Shown here piece after piece: positions 8,370 through 18,912 of a stretch of DNA of 38,864 nucleotides. The position numbers and the translations under genes are program-made. The number at the start of each line of letters is the position of its first letter. The stretch's first letter is position 1. The notes below the pieces were generated by a model, which worked only from the letters and a program-made list of their open reading frames with translations, searched no databases and had not been told where the DNA came from. The DNA lies in contig JANNXQ010000212.1 of NCBI GenBank assembly GCA_031409655.1, positions 1-38,864 on the forward strand, given 5' to 3'. Source of the stretch: Chthoniobacteraceae bacterium. Its GTDB lineage: Bacteria > Verrucomicrobiota > Verrucomicrobiia > Chthoniobacterales > Chthoniobacteraceae.

Positions 8370-10496
8370 ATGAAATCCATTCGCCCCTTCGTCGCCGCTG
8401 GCATCCTGTTCGCCGCATTCCAAACTCCCGCACCGGCGCTCACTCTGCCGCCCTCGGAGGACACCTCCACGTCCACCAGCCTCCGGGTCGCCAAGATTGC
8501 CGGAAAAGCGACGACCCTGCCCGTTTCGAGCACTCGCATGGGGTTGATTCGCTTCGACGTCGGCGCCTTTTCGAGCGCCCTCGCTGGCAGTCAGGTCACC
8601 CGGGCGCGATTGATCATTTACGTCAACAGAGTCACCAAGCCCGGCGCGCTGAGTCTCAGCCGCGTCACTCAAAACTGGTCGGAGGTCGTGACCACCGCGC
8701 CCGTCGTCATCCCGACTTCCTCGCCCTTGACGACCATTCCGACCGGCTCCGTGGTCGCCAAACAATTCATCATCGTGGACGTGACCTCCACCGTCCTGGG
8801 ATGGCTCGCCGCTCCCGCCACGGACTTTGGCTTTGCCCTGAGCACCACCGGCACCACGAGTGTGCTCCTCAGTTCAAAAGAAGGCCCCGCCACTGGCTTG
8901 CCCGCGACCTTGGAACTCGACGTACAGGACGCGATCGGCGCCGGCTCCCTCACCACTTTGCAACTCGCCGACGGTGCCGTGACCTCCGCCAAGCTCGCCA
9001 GCGGCTTCACCCTGCCGTCCACTGCCATCACCGACGGCACCCTCACCGCCCTAAAACTCACTGACGGCACCGTGACGGCCGCCAAACTCGCCAGCGGCTT
9101 CACTCTTCCGTCCACCGCCATCGCGGACGGCACCCTCACCGCCTTGAAACTCGCCGATGGCGCCGTGACCGCCGCCAAGCTCGCGGTCGGCTTCACCCTC
9201 CCCGCCACCGCCATCGCCAATGGCACCATCACGAATGCGATGCTCGCCGCTGGTTTCGTTTTCCCGTCCGTCGCCCCTCTCGATGGCAGCGTCACGGCGC
9301 TCAAACTCGCCGTCGGCTTCACCCTCCCCTCCTCCGCCATCGCCAATGGCACGATCACGAATGCGATGCTCTCCGGTGGCTTCCTTTTCCCCTCCGTCGT
9401 TCCGCTCGATGGCAGTGTCACGACCCTCAAGCTCGCCGATGCTTCCGTGACCTCCGCGAAGCTCGCCGGCGGCTTCACCCTGCCCTCCTCGGCCATTGCC
9501 AATGGCACTGTCACGAATGCGATGCTTGCCGGCAGTTTCGTTTTCCCTTCGGTCGATCCGCTCGACGGCAGCGTGACGACGGCAAAGATCGCCGACGGTG
9601 CGGTCACCACTTTGAAGATTGCCGATGGCGCCATCGGCTCCACCCAGATCGCCAATGCCTCCATCACCGCCAGCGACCTCTCCGGCGCCGTCGGGGTTTG
9701 GAACAAAAATGCCGGGACGCTATTTTACCTCGATGGCAGCGTCGGCATCGGCATCTCCACCCCAGCCGACAAACTGCAAGTGCTTGGCGGCACCACCCTG
9801 AAAGCGAGCGGCGTCGGAAGTGGCGTCTCCCTTTCCCTCATGGAAAATTCCGGCACCATCCGCGGCGACTTTGCGATCGCGGGCTCGGCCGGAAATTTCA
9901 GCGTTGATGCCGACGCCGGTGACGCGATCATCCGCGCGCCCAGCGGCACGAAACTCCTGCTCCAGTCCGGCATCGGCGGCAGCAGTGTCGCGCTGGCCGC
10001 CAATGGAAATGTGGGCATCGGCACCGCCACACCCGGCAGCTTCAAGCTGGATGTGAATGGCGGCCTGCGCTGCATCGGCGCGGTGGACATCACTTCCGAT
10101 GCCCGTTTCAAGCTGGGCGTCGAGCCGCTCTCCAGCGCCCTCGATTCCGTGCTCCGACTGCGCGGCGTGAGCTATTCGTGGAATCGCGCCGGCTTCCCGG
10201 AGAAGAATTTCAACGACCGCCGACAGCTCGGCTTCGTCGCTCAGGAAGTCCGTAAGATTCTGCCGGAAATCGTCTCCGAAGACACCGCTGGCTACCTCTC
10301 CGTCGGCTACTCCGCACTCACGCCGGTGCTCGTCGAGGCGATCAAGGAGCAGCAGAAAACGATCAGCACTTTGCAGGCTCGGATCAAAGCCCTCGAAACC
10401 GCCGACCGCGCCCGTGAGGATCGCCTCAGCCGCTTGGAAAGCGCGCTCGATACCCGCCCTGCGCGCGCGGTGCGAGCCACGCTCGACCTCGAGTAG
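8370..10496 (+). CDS. Secreted fibre-like protein: DNRLRE-like N-domain, DG(A/S)VT..KLA repeat stalk, peptidase S74 intramolecular chaperone
   Basis: Signal peptide; 'LIRFD...VTRARLIIY..DVTSTV..W'; repeats 'DGAVTSAKLASGFTLP'; 'GNVGIGT'; 'TSDARFK...LRGVSYSW...LGFVAQEV...PEIV' followed by a coiled coil. Confidence 0.85.
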   Translation: MKSIRPFVAAGILFAAFQTPAPALTLPPSEDTSTSTSLRVAKIAGKATTLPVSSTRMGLIRFDVGAFSSALAGSQVTRARLIIYVNRVTKPGALSLSRVTQNWSEVVTTAPVVIPTSSPLTTIPTGSVVAKQFIIVDVTSTVLGWLAAPATDFGFALSTTGTTSVLLSSKEGPATGLPATLELDVQDAIGAGSLTTLQLADGAVTSAKLASGFTLPSTAITDGTLTALKLTDGTVTAAKLASGFTLPSTAIADGTLTALKLADGAVTAAKLAVGFTLPATAIANGTITNAMLAAGFVFPSVAPLDGSVTALKLAVGFTLPSSAIANGTITNAMLSGGFLFPSVVPLDGSVTTLKLADASVTSAKLAGGFTLPSSAIANGTVTNAMLAGSFVFPSVDPLDGSVTTAKIADGAVTTLKIADGAIGSTQIANASITASDLSGAVGVWNKNAGTLFYLDGSVGIGISTPADKLQVLGGTTLKASGVGSGVSLSLMENSGTIRGDFAIAGSAGNFSVDADAGDAIIRAPSGTKLLLQSGIGGSSVALAANGNVGIGTATPGSFKLDVNGGLRCIGAVDITSDARFKLGVEPLSSALDSVLRLRGVSYSWNRAGFPEKNFNDRRQLGFVAQEVRKILPEIVSEDTAGYLSVGYSALTPVLVEAIKEQQKTISTLQARIKALETADRAREDRLSRLESALDTRPARAVRATLDLE

Positions 10497-10586
10497 GGCG
10501 CGGCAGACCTTGGGCCCCGCAGTGCCGGACCTTTGCGGAAGATTTACGTGGCTGCCTCGGAGCAGCTCGCCTAAAAGTGGGGAGGG

Positions 10587-11417
10587 ATGAAAACCGTCAG
10601 GACTTACTCAAATCTTGCCGAAGCGGGTTTTGCCTCCTCTCTCCTCGAATCGAGAGGCATTCGAGCAGCGCTGCTCGATGAACAAACCTTTCAACTGACT
10701 CCTGGGATGGCTGCGGCAGGCATTCGCTTGCAGGTCGCGGATGAAGACGCCGAGCGGGCAATGCAAATCCTTTCGACCGGCCCGCCTGCGGAGCTCCGCA
10801 CCGGCGAGCCTTATTCTGGCGAAATGGCAGCGGAGCGCCCGCGGCCAAAAACGTCGCCCGGTCTGATCATCCTCGGAGCGGTCTTTTTCGGAGTGCTTGG
10901 GTACGTGCTCCACGACGTGGCAGCAAACTCGCGCTGGGGACGGTCGTCCGGCCCGCTTACGGAAAAGTTCGACTACAATCAGGACGGACAACCCGACCAC
11001 TTTTTTACCTTTCACGACGGTTACATGGAGCGTGGAACAGCCGACCGCAATGGCGATGGGAAGATTGACGAATGGACCTTTCACGGCAGCAATGGGATAT
11101 GCCTCAGGGTGGAATTGGATGATGATTTCGACGGGCGAGTTGACTCGTGGTTCGCTTACAAGAATGGCGTGATCGCGACCTCCAAACGCGATCTTGATTT
11201 CGATGGCCACTCGGATTGGAACGGCCTCTACGAGGACGGCATCCTCTATGAGGGCGAGATGACACCCAATGAATCGCGACAGGTTATACGTCGGGAGATC
11301 TATCGCCACGGAGTCTTTCGCGAAGAATGGGTGGACGAAGACCACGACGGCGCGTTCGACGTCAAATTTCTCTACGATCCCTTCGGCAATCGCTCCGAGC
11401 GCCTTCCCCCGCGCTGA
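10587..11417 (+). CDS. DUF2007-like N-domain, TM helix and DxD/NxDG-repeat protein
   Basis: 'TYSNLAEAGFASSLLESRGI...GIRLQVADEDAERA', one TM, repeated DYNQDG/DRNGDG/DDDFDG loops; GGAGG RBS. Confidence 0.75.
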   Translation: MKTVRTYSNLAEAGFASSLLESRGIRAALLDEQTFQLTPGMAAAGIRLQVADEDAERAMQILSTGPPAELRTGEPYSGEMAAERPRPKTSPGLIILGAVFFGVLGYVLHDVAANSRWGRSSGPLTEKFDYNQDGQPDHFFTFHDGYMERGTADRNGDGKIDEWTFHGSNGICLRVELDDDFDGRVDSWFAYKNGVIATSKRDLDFDGHSDWNGLYEDGILYEGEMTPNESRQVIRREIYRHGVFREEWVDEDHDGAFDVKFLYDPFGNRSERLPPR

Positions 11418-11496
11418 CGCGTCGCACAAATTGCGGCTGGCTTCGCGCAAATCGCGGGTGGAATCGGGAGCAAATCCCGCTTTAATCCCGCTTCCC

Positions 11497-12612
11497 ATGT
11501 CCATCGAACACTCCGATCCCGTCAACGCCCAGATCCTCGCCGTCTCCGAAGACCAGATCAAAGGCTTCGTCCGCGAACCCTTCCTCGACATCGCGCAGAA
11601 GTCCGGCGTGCCGATCGAGACCGTGCTCGAGCGCATCCGCACCATGCTCCAGGCCGGCACCATCCGGCGCGTGCGCCAGACCCTCATGTCCACGCAACTT
11701 GCGGATGGGGCCCTGGTCGCGTGGGTCGTGCCGGAGGATAAGTTAAATTCGGCCTTCGATTTCATGTTCCAGCAGGATCCTTTCAGCGGCCACGTCGTGG
11801 TGCGGTCCACGGATGCGCAGACGCCTGGCTCGCAGTATCGCCTCTGGACGACCCTGAAAGTGCCGGTCGGCATTTCCATGGAGGAACATTGCCGCGTGCT
11901 CATCCACCACACCGGCTGCGAGCGTTTCAAGCTCATGCCGGCAAAGGGAATCTTTGCGCTCGGCGTCGGCCATGTGCGGCGGAAGACCATCGAACCCGGC
12001 GATCGCTTCGATGAACCGGCCGTCATGCAGCGCGTGGAAAACGTCGCCCTGAATGACCGCGAGTGGGACGTGCTGCTCGCCCTGAAGCGCGAACTCGCGC
12101 CCGACGAAGTGCGGGTCGGCCTCTGGGAAGCGCGCGCAGCCGAGGCGGGTGTGGATCTGGAAACCTTTTGCCGCACCGCAGAGGAACTCAATACCCGCGG
12201 AGTCATCGGCCGCTTTTCCACTTTCCTGGAACACGTCAAACCCAGCGCCGGCGGCGAACGCGTGACGCGGTTCAACGCCCTTTTCCACTGGGCCGTGCCC
12301 GTGGGGCGCGAAGTCGAGGCGGGTGGCGAAGTGGGCCGGCACCAGTGCATGACGCACGCCTACTGGCGCGAAGGTGGCGCGGAATTCAAAAATGTGAACG
12401 TCATGGGCGTCGCCCACGGCACAGAGAAGGACCGCGTGCTGGCGCACAAGGCCGCGATCGACGCGCACCTCGCCCAAGGTGGCATACCCGTCAGTTACAC
12501 GAATGTCTTCTGGGGCGGCCGCAGCGAGATCAAGCCGAGCGAGATCTCGCCGACGCTGCACCGCGAGTGGATGGCAAAAATGAGCGCTCCTGCGGCGGCG
12601 GTCGCAGGGTAG
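11497..12612 (+). CDS. Two-lobed Lrp/AsnC-like protein, probable fused siroheme decarboxylase (AhbAB/NirDL-like)
   Basis: Two HTH plus AsnC-type halves: 'REPFLDIAQKSG..GTIRR', 'GHVVVR', 'RGVIGRF', 'NAL..W', 'THAYWR'. Confidence 0.65.
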   Translation: MSIEHSDPVNAQILAVSEDQIKGFVREPFLDIAQKSGVPIETVLERIRTMLQAGTIRRVRQTLMSTQLADGALVAWVVPEDKLNSAFDFMFQQDPFSGHVVVRSTDAQTPGSQYRLWTTLKVPVGISMEEHCRVLIHHTGCERFKLMPAKGIFALGVGHVRRKTIEPGDRFDEPAVMQRVENVALNDREWDVLLALKRELAPDEVRVGLWEARAAEAGVDLETFCRTAEELNTRGVIGRFSTFLEHVKPSAGGERVTRFNALFHWAVPVGREVEAGGEVGRHQCMTHAYWREGGAEFKNVNVMGVAHGTEKDRVLAHKAAIDAHLAQGGIPVSYTNVFWGGRSEIKPSEISPTLHREWMAKMSAPAAAVAG

Positions 12613-12722
12613 AAAGCCGGCCCATTTTGCAAGCGGAGCGCGACGGTGAAACGTCAGGGCGCTCGCGTAATTCGCGGCTTGGCTCCGCAGTTCACGGCCT
12701 GAGAGAGTCGCGGCTCTTTCCC

Positions 12723-14129
12723 ATGTCCGCCAAACCCACCGACTGCCGCGTCGTCGCCACGACGCTTTACTTCCTCCCGATCGCACTTCGGATGCCGCTC
12801 AAGTTCGGCGCCGAGACCGTCACCCATGTGGTCTGCGCGCGGACAAAAGTCACCGTGCGCGGCAATGACGGGCGCACCGCGGAAGGCTGGGGCGAGACGC
12901 CGCTCAGCGCGAGTTGGGTCTGGCCGAGTAAATTGCCGATCGACGACCGCCGCCGCGCGCTCGAGGAATTCTGCGTGATGCTCGCGGAAGCCTGGGCGCG
13001 CTTCGAAACCGTGGGCCATCCGATGCGCATCGGTCACACCTTTCAGGAAAAATCTCTGCCCGCCCTCCGTTCCCGTTTCAATGCCCAGCGCGGCGGCCAG
13101 GAGCCGATGCCCTGGCTCGCAGCGCTCGTCTGCTGCTCGCTCTTCGACATCGCGGTGCATGATGCTTTCGGTAAACTTCACGACATTCCCGTCTTCGAAA
13201 CCTACGGCCCGGAGCACATGAATGAAGACCTCGGCGTCTATCTTCAACCCGCGACCGGCACCCGCCTCTCTTTCACCGGGAAATACCCGCGCGACTTTCT
13301 CCGCCCGCAACGCTGCGACACGCTCCCCGCCTGGCACCTCGTCGGCGGTGTCGATCCCCTCGAACCTTCCGACCTCAACGGCTCCGAACCCAACGACGGC
13401 TACCCCGTGCTCCTCGCCGATTGGATCAAGACCGACGGCCTTCGCTGCTTGAAAATCAAACTGCGCGGCAATGACGCCGCGTGGGACTTCGAGCGCATCG
13501 TCCGCATCGGTCGCATCGCCGTGGCCCACGAGGTCCCGTGGCTCACTGCGGACTTCAACTGCACCGTCCACGATCCCGCCTACGTGAACGCCATCCTCGA
13601 TCGCCTGCGCGACGAAGAACCGCGCTTCCACGGCATGTTGCTCTACGTCGAGCAGCCCTTTCCCTACGAGCTGGAAGAGCACGCCATCGACGTCCACAGC
13701 GTCTCCGCGCGCAAGCCGCTCTTCCTCGACGAGAGCGCGCACGACTGGCAGCACGTCCGCCTCGGCCGCGAACTCGGCTGGACCGGCGTCGCTCTGAAGA
13801 CCTGCAAGACCCTCACCGGCGCTCTCTTCAGCGCCTGCTGGGCGCAAGCCCACGGCATGACCCTCATGGTCCAGGACCTCACGAACCCGATGCTCGCCCA
13901 GATCCCGCACGTTCTCCTCGCCGCTCATGTCCCCACGATCATGGGCGTCGAAACGAACGCCATGCAATTCTACCCCGCCGCCTCCGCGCCGGAAGCCGCG
14001 GTGCATCCCGGCATCTATCAGCGCCGTGGAGGCGGACTCGATCTCTCCAGCATTCGCGGACCAGGGCTCGGTTATCGGGTGGAAGAAATTCACCGCGAGT
14101 TACCGAAGCCCACGTTCATTTCCGCCTGA
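12723..14129 (+). CDS. Enolase superfamily (mandelate racemase/muconate lactonizing-like) enzyme
   Basis: 'GWGE', 'LKIKLRG' (KxK), 'ADFN', 'EQP', 'LDES', 'ALKTCK' catalytic and metal-binding motifs. Confidence 0.85.
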   Translation: MSAKPTDCRVVATTLYFLPIALRMPLKFGAETVTHVVCARTKVTVRGNDGRTAEGWGETPLSASWVWPSKLPIDDRRRALEEFCVMLAEAWARFETVGHPMRIGHTFQEKSLPALRSRFNAQRGGQEPMPWLAALVCCSLFDIAVHDAFGKLHDIPVFETYGPEHMNEDLGVYLQPATGTRLSFTGKYPRDFLRPQRCDTLPAWHLVGGVDPLEPSDLNGSEPNDGYPVLLADWIKTDGLRCLKIKLRGNDAAWDFERIVRIGRIAVAHEVPWLTADFNCTVHDPAYVNAILDRLRDEEPRFHGMLLYVEQPFPYELEEHAIDVHSVSARKPLFLDESAHDWQHVRLGRELGWTGVALKTCKTLTGALFSACWAQAHGMTLMVQDLTNPMLAQIPHVLLAAHVPTIMGVETNAMQFYPAASAPEAAVHPGIYQRRGGGLDLSSIRGPGLGYRVEEIHRELPKPTFISA

Positions 14130-14150
14130 TCTCCCTCGTCCCATGCCCCC

Positions 14151-15752
14151 ATGAAAACTGTTTACCTGATCGCCAGCGGCGACCTCCGCCTTTCCGCGAA
14201 CCAAAAATGCGAACCTGCCCAAGCCGCGATGGAGCGCGAGATCGTTGCCGCAGTTGAACGCGAAGGCTGGAAAGCAATTCGCGCGCACTCTTTCGATCCG
14301 CTGAAAAAACACGGCTTCATCGACAGCCAGAAGTACGGGATGGAAGTCTTCCGCACCCTGCCCCCCAGCGCGCCGCTGATCGTCGCCGAAGCTGTGTGGC
14401 AATACAGCCATCACGTTCTCGCGGGGTTGACGACCCATCGCGGACCGATCCTCACGCTGGCCAACTGGAGCGGCACCTGGCCCGGCCTCGTGGGCATGCT
14501 CAATCTCAACGGGTCGCTCACCAAAGCCGGCGTTACTTACAGCACTTTGTGGAGTGAAACCTTCGACGACGACTTCTTCCGGCGCGGCCTGCGGAGCTGG
14601 CTCGCGAAAGGCGCGATCAAGCACGACACCTCGCACGTCCGCCCGCTCTCCGCGGTGAAAGTGCCCGTCGCATCTGGAAAGTTAGGCGAGCGTCTCGCCG
14701 CAAAGTTCCTGAAAGAAAAAGCGATCATGGGCGTCTTCGATGAAGGCTGTATGGGGATGTACAACGCAATCATCCCGGATGAGTTATTGCACCGCACCGG
14801 TGTCTTTAAGGAGCGGCTCAGCCAGTCCGCGCTCTATGCCGCGATGCAAACCGTCACGGCCACGGAGGCTCGCGCGGTCTATGCGTGGTATCGGAAAAAA
14901 GGGCTGCAATTTCAGCTCGGCAAAGACGACGCGACCGAGCTTACCGAAAAGCAAGTCCTCGATCAGTGCCGGATGTACATCGCCGCCGTGCGCATCGCGG
15001 ATGACTTTGGCTGCGCCACCATCGGCATCCAATACCAGCAAGGTCTGAAGGATCTCGCGCCCGCCTCTGATCTCGTGGAAGGCACGCTGAATAACGTGGA
15101 TCGCCCGCCGGTCTATCGCCGCGGCACCCGCATCGAACTTTTCCCAGGCGAGGCACTCCCGCACTTCAATGAAGTCGATGAATGCGCGGGCCTCGATGGA
15201 CTCGTGACTTACCGGCTGTGGCGCGAACTCGGCTTCGCCCCGGAGAATACGTTACACGATCTCCGCTGGGGCCGACATTACTCGGACGCTACGCTTGATG
15301 CCTACGTCTGGGTCTTTCTCATCTCCGGCGCCGCGCCGCCCGCGCACTTTGTCGGCGGATGGAAAGGTGCGAGCAGCGAGCGCCAGCCGCCGATGTACTT
15401 CCGGCTCGGCGGAGGCACGCTCAAAGGCATCAGCAAACCCGGCTGGATTGTCTGGAGCCGCGTTTTCGTCGCCGATGGCCGGTTGAAATTTGACACCGGC
15501 CTCGCCGAAGTCGTGCGCCTGCCGAAAAAAGAAACCGCCGAACGCTGGCAACTCAGCACCCCGCAGTGGCCCATCATGCACGCCGTCCTGAAAGGCATCA
15601 CCCGCGACCAGATGATGGCCCGGCATAAGGCCAATCACATCCAGGTCGCCTACGGACCGGACAAAGCCGGAGCATTGCGCGGCCTTTTCGCCAAGGCCTC
15701 CGCGATGCAAGCTCTCGGCCTCGAAGTCTCCCTCTGCGGCGACCTCCATTAA
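14151..15752 (+). CDS. L-fucose/L-arabinose isomerase-like protein
   Basis: '[16 protein letters not shown]', 'GCMGM', 'GIQYQQG', 'NEVD', 'TPQWP', 'ANHIQVAY' match FucI-type motifs. Confidence 0.8.
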   Translation: MKTVYLIASGDLRLSANQKCEPAQAAMEREIVAAVEREGWKAIRAHSFDPLKKHGFIDSQKYGMEVFRTLPPSAPLIVAEAVWQYSHHVLAGLTTHRGPILTLANWSGTWPGLVGMLNLNGSLTKAGVTYSTLWSETFDDDFFRRGLRSWLAKGAIKHDTSHVRPLSAVKVPVASGKLGERLAAKFLKEKAIMGVFDEGCMGMYNAIIPDELLHRTGVFKERLSQSALYAAMQTVTATEARAVYAWYRKKGLQFQLGKDDATELTEKQVLDQCRMYIAAVRIADDFGCATIGIQYQQGLKDLAPASDLVEGTLNNVDRPPVYRRGTRIELFPGEALPHFNEVDECAGLDGLVTYRLWRELGFAPENTLHDLRWGRHYSDATLDAYVWVFLISGAAPPAHFVGGWKGASSERQPPMYFRLGGGTLKGISKPGWIVWSRVFVADGRLKFDTGLAEVVRLPKKETAERWQLSTPQWPIMHAVLKGITRDQMMARHKANHIQVAYGPDKAGALRGLFAKASAMQALGLEVSLCGDLH

Positions 15753-15766
15753 CTTACCAACTCCAG

Positions 15767-16540
15767 ATGACTCCTCCCATGCTCCACCTCGCGGAAACCC
15801 GCCAGGCCCTCCTCGCCCTCTCCCACATCCTCGGCGCCGAGCACCGCAATCTCGCGATCCTCGGCGAAGGTAACACCTCCGCGAAATTCAGCGACCACAG
15901 CTTCCTCGTGAAAGCCAGCGGCAGCAGCCTCGGCACCTTGCGCGAGGAAGACACCGTCGAGTGCCGCTTCGATACCCTGCTCCCGCTCCTGGATTTCGCC
16001 GAGGTCGCACCCAATGCCATCGAGGAAACCCTCTTTGCCTGCCGCATCGAACGCGAAGCGAAGAAGCCCTCCATCGAGACCCTCTTCCACGCCTGGCTAC
16101 TCTCACTCCCAGGCATCAACTTCGTTGGCCACACCCATCCCGTCGCCGTGAATTCCATCCTCTGCTCCCCGCACGCGGAAAGATTTGCCGCCGAGCGCAT
16201 GTGCCCGGATGAAGTCGTCTGCTGCGGCACCTCCTCCGTGCTCGTCCCCTACTGCGACCCCGGCCTCCAGCTCTCCCAAGCCATCCGCGAGCACACCACG
16301 CGCTTCATGGAAACGGAGGGCGTCCCCCCGCGCGTCATCCTCCTGCAAAATCACGGCCTCATCGCCCTCGGCGCCTCCGCCGAAGCCGTCAAAGCCGCGA
16401 CCTTCATGACCGTAAAAGCCGCGCAGATCTACCTCAGCGCCGTCCACCTCGGCGGCCCCACCTTCCTCACCGCCGAGCAAATCGACCGCATCGCCAACCG
16501 CCTCGACGAACACTACCGCCAGCGCGCCCTGAATCTCTAG
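15767..16540 (+). CDS. Class II aldolase/adducin family protein
   Basis: 'GEGNTSAK', 'KASG', 'PSIETLFH', 'HTHP', 'LQNHGL' zinc-binding motifs. Confidence 0.9.
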   Translation: MTPPMLHLAETRQALLALSHILGAEHRNLAILGEGNTSAKFSDHSFLVKASGSSLGTLREEDTVECRFDTLLPLLDFAEVAPNAIEETLFACRIEREAKKPSIETLFHAWLLSLPGINFVGHTHPVAVNSILCSPHAERFAAERMCPDEVVCCGTSSVLVPYCDPGLQLSQAIREHTTRFMETEGVPPRVILLQNHGLIALGASAEAVKAATFMTVKAAQIYLSAVHLGGPTFLTAEQIDRIANRLDEHYRQRALNL

Positions 16541-16661
16541 CGTTCTCGCCGCCAGGAAGGACGCTTCTCTAGTTGCCCGCCGGCTCATTTTCGGACACGC
16601 TTCCGCCGCCTTCTCCCTTTCGAACTTGAGTGAAGGCCGCTTGCTCCAACCGAGAACTTCC

Positions 16662-18737
16662 ATGGACCGTCCCTCCCCTCTACTTACCCACCGCTGGCTG
16701 CACCTTGTCCGCGCTGCACTTTGCACTCTTTGTTTCCACGGTATCACCAGCGAGGCAGTCGCTGCGACCGGAGTCGCGCGGGTGTGGAATGAGCAGCAAC
16801 TCTCCGCCATCCGCATCGACCGTCCGCATCCACCAGTACAGGCGCGCAACTTATTCAGCGTCTCCGCTGCGATGTACGACGCCTGGGCCGCCTACGACTC
16901 AACGGCCGTCGGTTTCATTTATCGGGGAAAACCGAGCGCCGCTGATGTCGCCGCAGCGCGCCGCGAGGCGATCAGCTATGCCGCGTATCGCACCCTGCGC
17001 GAGCGCTACGCCCTTTCGCTCAACGCCGCGACCACCCTCGCCGCTCTCGATGCACAGCTAACCAGCCTCGGCTACAGCACCGCCAATACTTCCACGAACC
17101 CGGCCACTCCGTCCGGTGTGGGGAACTCCGTCGCGGCCGCCGTCTCCGCCTGGTTCATCAATGACGGCGCGCGGCAACTGCAATCCTATGCGGATTATCC
17201 CGTGGGTTCGGGCGGCTATGTATCGGTGAATCCGCACATGGCTACTGGCTTGACCGGCACTAACGTCATCGACGTCAACCGTTGGCAACCGCTCGCCATC
17301 GCCAATGCCCTCGATCAAAACGGCAACCCGATCGGACCGCTCCAAACCTTTCAAGGTCCGCAATGGCTCGGCGTGCGCGCCTTTGCCCTCCCGCGCACCG
17401 ATTCCACCCGTCCATGGTTCGACCCCGGCCCTCCACCTTACCTCAATGGCGTGGGCGACGCACAGTTCCGCAGCGAAGTCGTCGAAGTCATTCGCCGGAG
17501 CAGCGAACTAACACCCGACGATGGCGTCGTCGTGAATTACTCACCCGGCGCCTTTGGCAACAACAGCCTCGGCGCGAATGATGGCGCTGGCCACACCGTG
17601 AATCCCATCACCAGCCTGCCCTACGCGGCGAATTCCATCAAACGCGGCGACTTCGCCCGCGTGCTTGCCGAGTATTGGGCCGACGGACCCAGCTCGGAGA
17701 CTCCGCCTGGCCATTGGAACGTCGTCGCCAACACCGTCAGCGATCACGCATCCTTTCTCAAGCGCCTCGGCGGCACCGGCCCCGTGCTCGACGATCTCGA
17801 GTGGGAGGTAAAACTCTACTTTGCCCTCAATGGCGCCGTCCACGATGCCGCGTGCGTAGCCTGGTCGCTCAAGCGCTACTACGATGGCTACCGTCCGATC
17901 ACCGCGATTCGTTACATGGGTCAGGTCGGCCAGTCCACGATTCCGGCCACCCCTTCCTATCATCCCGATGGCCTGCCTCTCGTCCCCGGCCTCATCGAAC
18001 TGGTAACTACGGCCACCGCCTCCGCTGGCCAGCGCCACGCCGGCTTACCCATTGGCGCCATCGCCATCCTTTCCTGGCCAGGCCAACCCACCGATCCCGT
18101 GACCCAGTACAGCGGAGTAAAGTGGATCCTCGCTGCCGCGTGGCAACCCTTTCAGAAAAAGAGCTTCGTGACACCCGGCTTTCCCGGCTTCGTCTCTGGC
18201 CACAGCACCTTTAGCCGCTCCGCCGCGGAAGTCATGACCGCGATCACCGGCTCCGCCTTTTTCCCCGGCGGCCTCGGCGTCCACAACGCCTCCGCCAATA
18301 CCACCCTTACCTTTGAGAAAGGCCCGAGCCAGACCATTCAATTGCAATGGGGCACTTACTACGATGCCGCCGATCAAGCCGGCCTCTCCCGCCTCTGGGG
18401 AGGCATCCATGTGCCGGTGGATGATGTCACCGGCCGCCGCGCCGGCTCCCTCTGCGGCAAAGGCGCGTGGTCGCTCGCCCGGCAATTCTTCGACGGTTCC
18501 ATCGTGCAGTCCCCCTTCGCCCTGACCATCCATGCACCAAACGCAACCCAACGCGAACTCCGCTGCGAGAGTGTGCGCGGCCTTTTTTACAAGCTCCAGA
18601 GCACGCTCGACCTCACCCAGCCCTTCGTCGATGACCCCGCCGGATTCGTGCAATGCCTCGACGCCCCCATCCTGCGCACCGACACCACCGCCGCCCCGAA
18701 GAAGTTCTATCGCTACGTTAGATCGCTCACGCCGTAA
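16662..18737 (+). CDS. Secreted vanadium-dependent haloperoxidase/PAP2-family protein with C-terminal 'FYR' domain
   Basis: 'KRYYDGYRP', 'PGFPGFVSGHSTFS', 'SRLWGGIH' vanadate-binding motifs; ends 'FYKLQSTLDL...D...KKFYRYVRSLTP'; start uncertain. Confidence 0.87.
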   Translation: MDRPSPLLTHRWLHLVRAALCTLCFHGITSEAVAATGVARVWNEQQLSAIRIDRPHPPVQARNLFSVSAAMYDAWAAYDSTAVGFIYRGKPSAADVAAARREAISYAAYRTLRERYALSLNAATTLAALDAQLTSLGYSTANTSTNPATPSGVGNSVAAAVSAWFINDGARQLQSYADYPVGSGGYVSVNPHMATGLTGTNVIDVNRWQPLAIANALDQNGNPIGPLQTFQGPQWLGVRAFALPRTDSTRPWFDPGPPPYLNGVGDAQFRSEVVEVIRRSSELTPDDGVVVNYSPGAFGNNSLGANDGAGHTVNPITSLPYAANSIKRGDFARVLAEYWADGPSSETPPGHWNVVANTVSDHASFLKRLGGTGPVLDDLEWEVKLYFALNGAVHDAACVAWSLKRYYDGYRPITAIRYMGQVGQSTIPATPSYHPDGLPLVPGLIELVTTATASAGQRHAGLPIGAIAILSWPGQPTDPVTQYSGVKWILAAAWQPFQKKSFVTPGFPGFVSGHSTFSRSAAEVMTAITGSAFFPGGLGVHNASANTTLTFEKGPSQTIQLQWGTYYDAADQAGLSRLWGGIHVPVDDVTGRRAGSLCGKGAWSLARQFFDGSIVQSPFALTIHAPNATQRELRCESVRGLFYKLQSTLDLTQPFVDDPAGFVQCLDAPILRTDTTAAPKKFYRYVRSLTP

Positions 18738-18739
18738 CG

Positions 18740-18899
18740 AAGGGGCGATTTCCAATCGCCCAACCCACCTCCGCGCCGAGCGCGCCAATCCCGGCAAAGC
18801 GGCGGTGATTTTGCGCTCATCGATACCCGCTCTACTTTCGATGGAAGTGCTCGCTCTCGCTCGGTTGGCTGATTGGGCGATGGCAAATCGCCCCTCCTT
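18740..18899. repeat. REP-like inverted doublet (GGCGATTT(G/C)CAATCGCC family)
   Basis: Left AAGGGGCGATTTCCAATCGCCCAA and right TTGGGCGATGGCAAATCGCCCCTCCTT are inverted copies; they lie between convergent ends. Confidence 0.8.
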
Positions 18900-18912
18900 G
18901 GGCTCGCTTCGC

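Noticed and set aside
8370..10496. Prophage tail gene
   Set aside because: It has a signal peptide and is flanked by housekeeping genes; there are no capsid, terminase or phage integrase genes.
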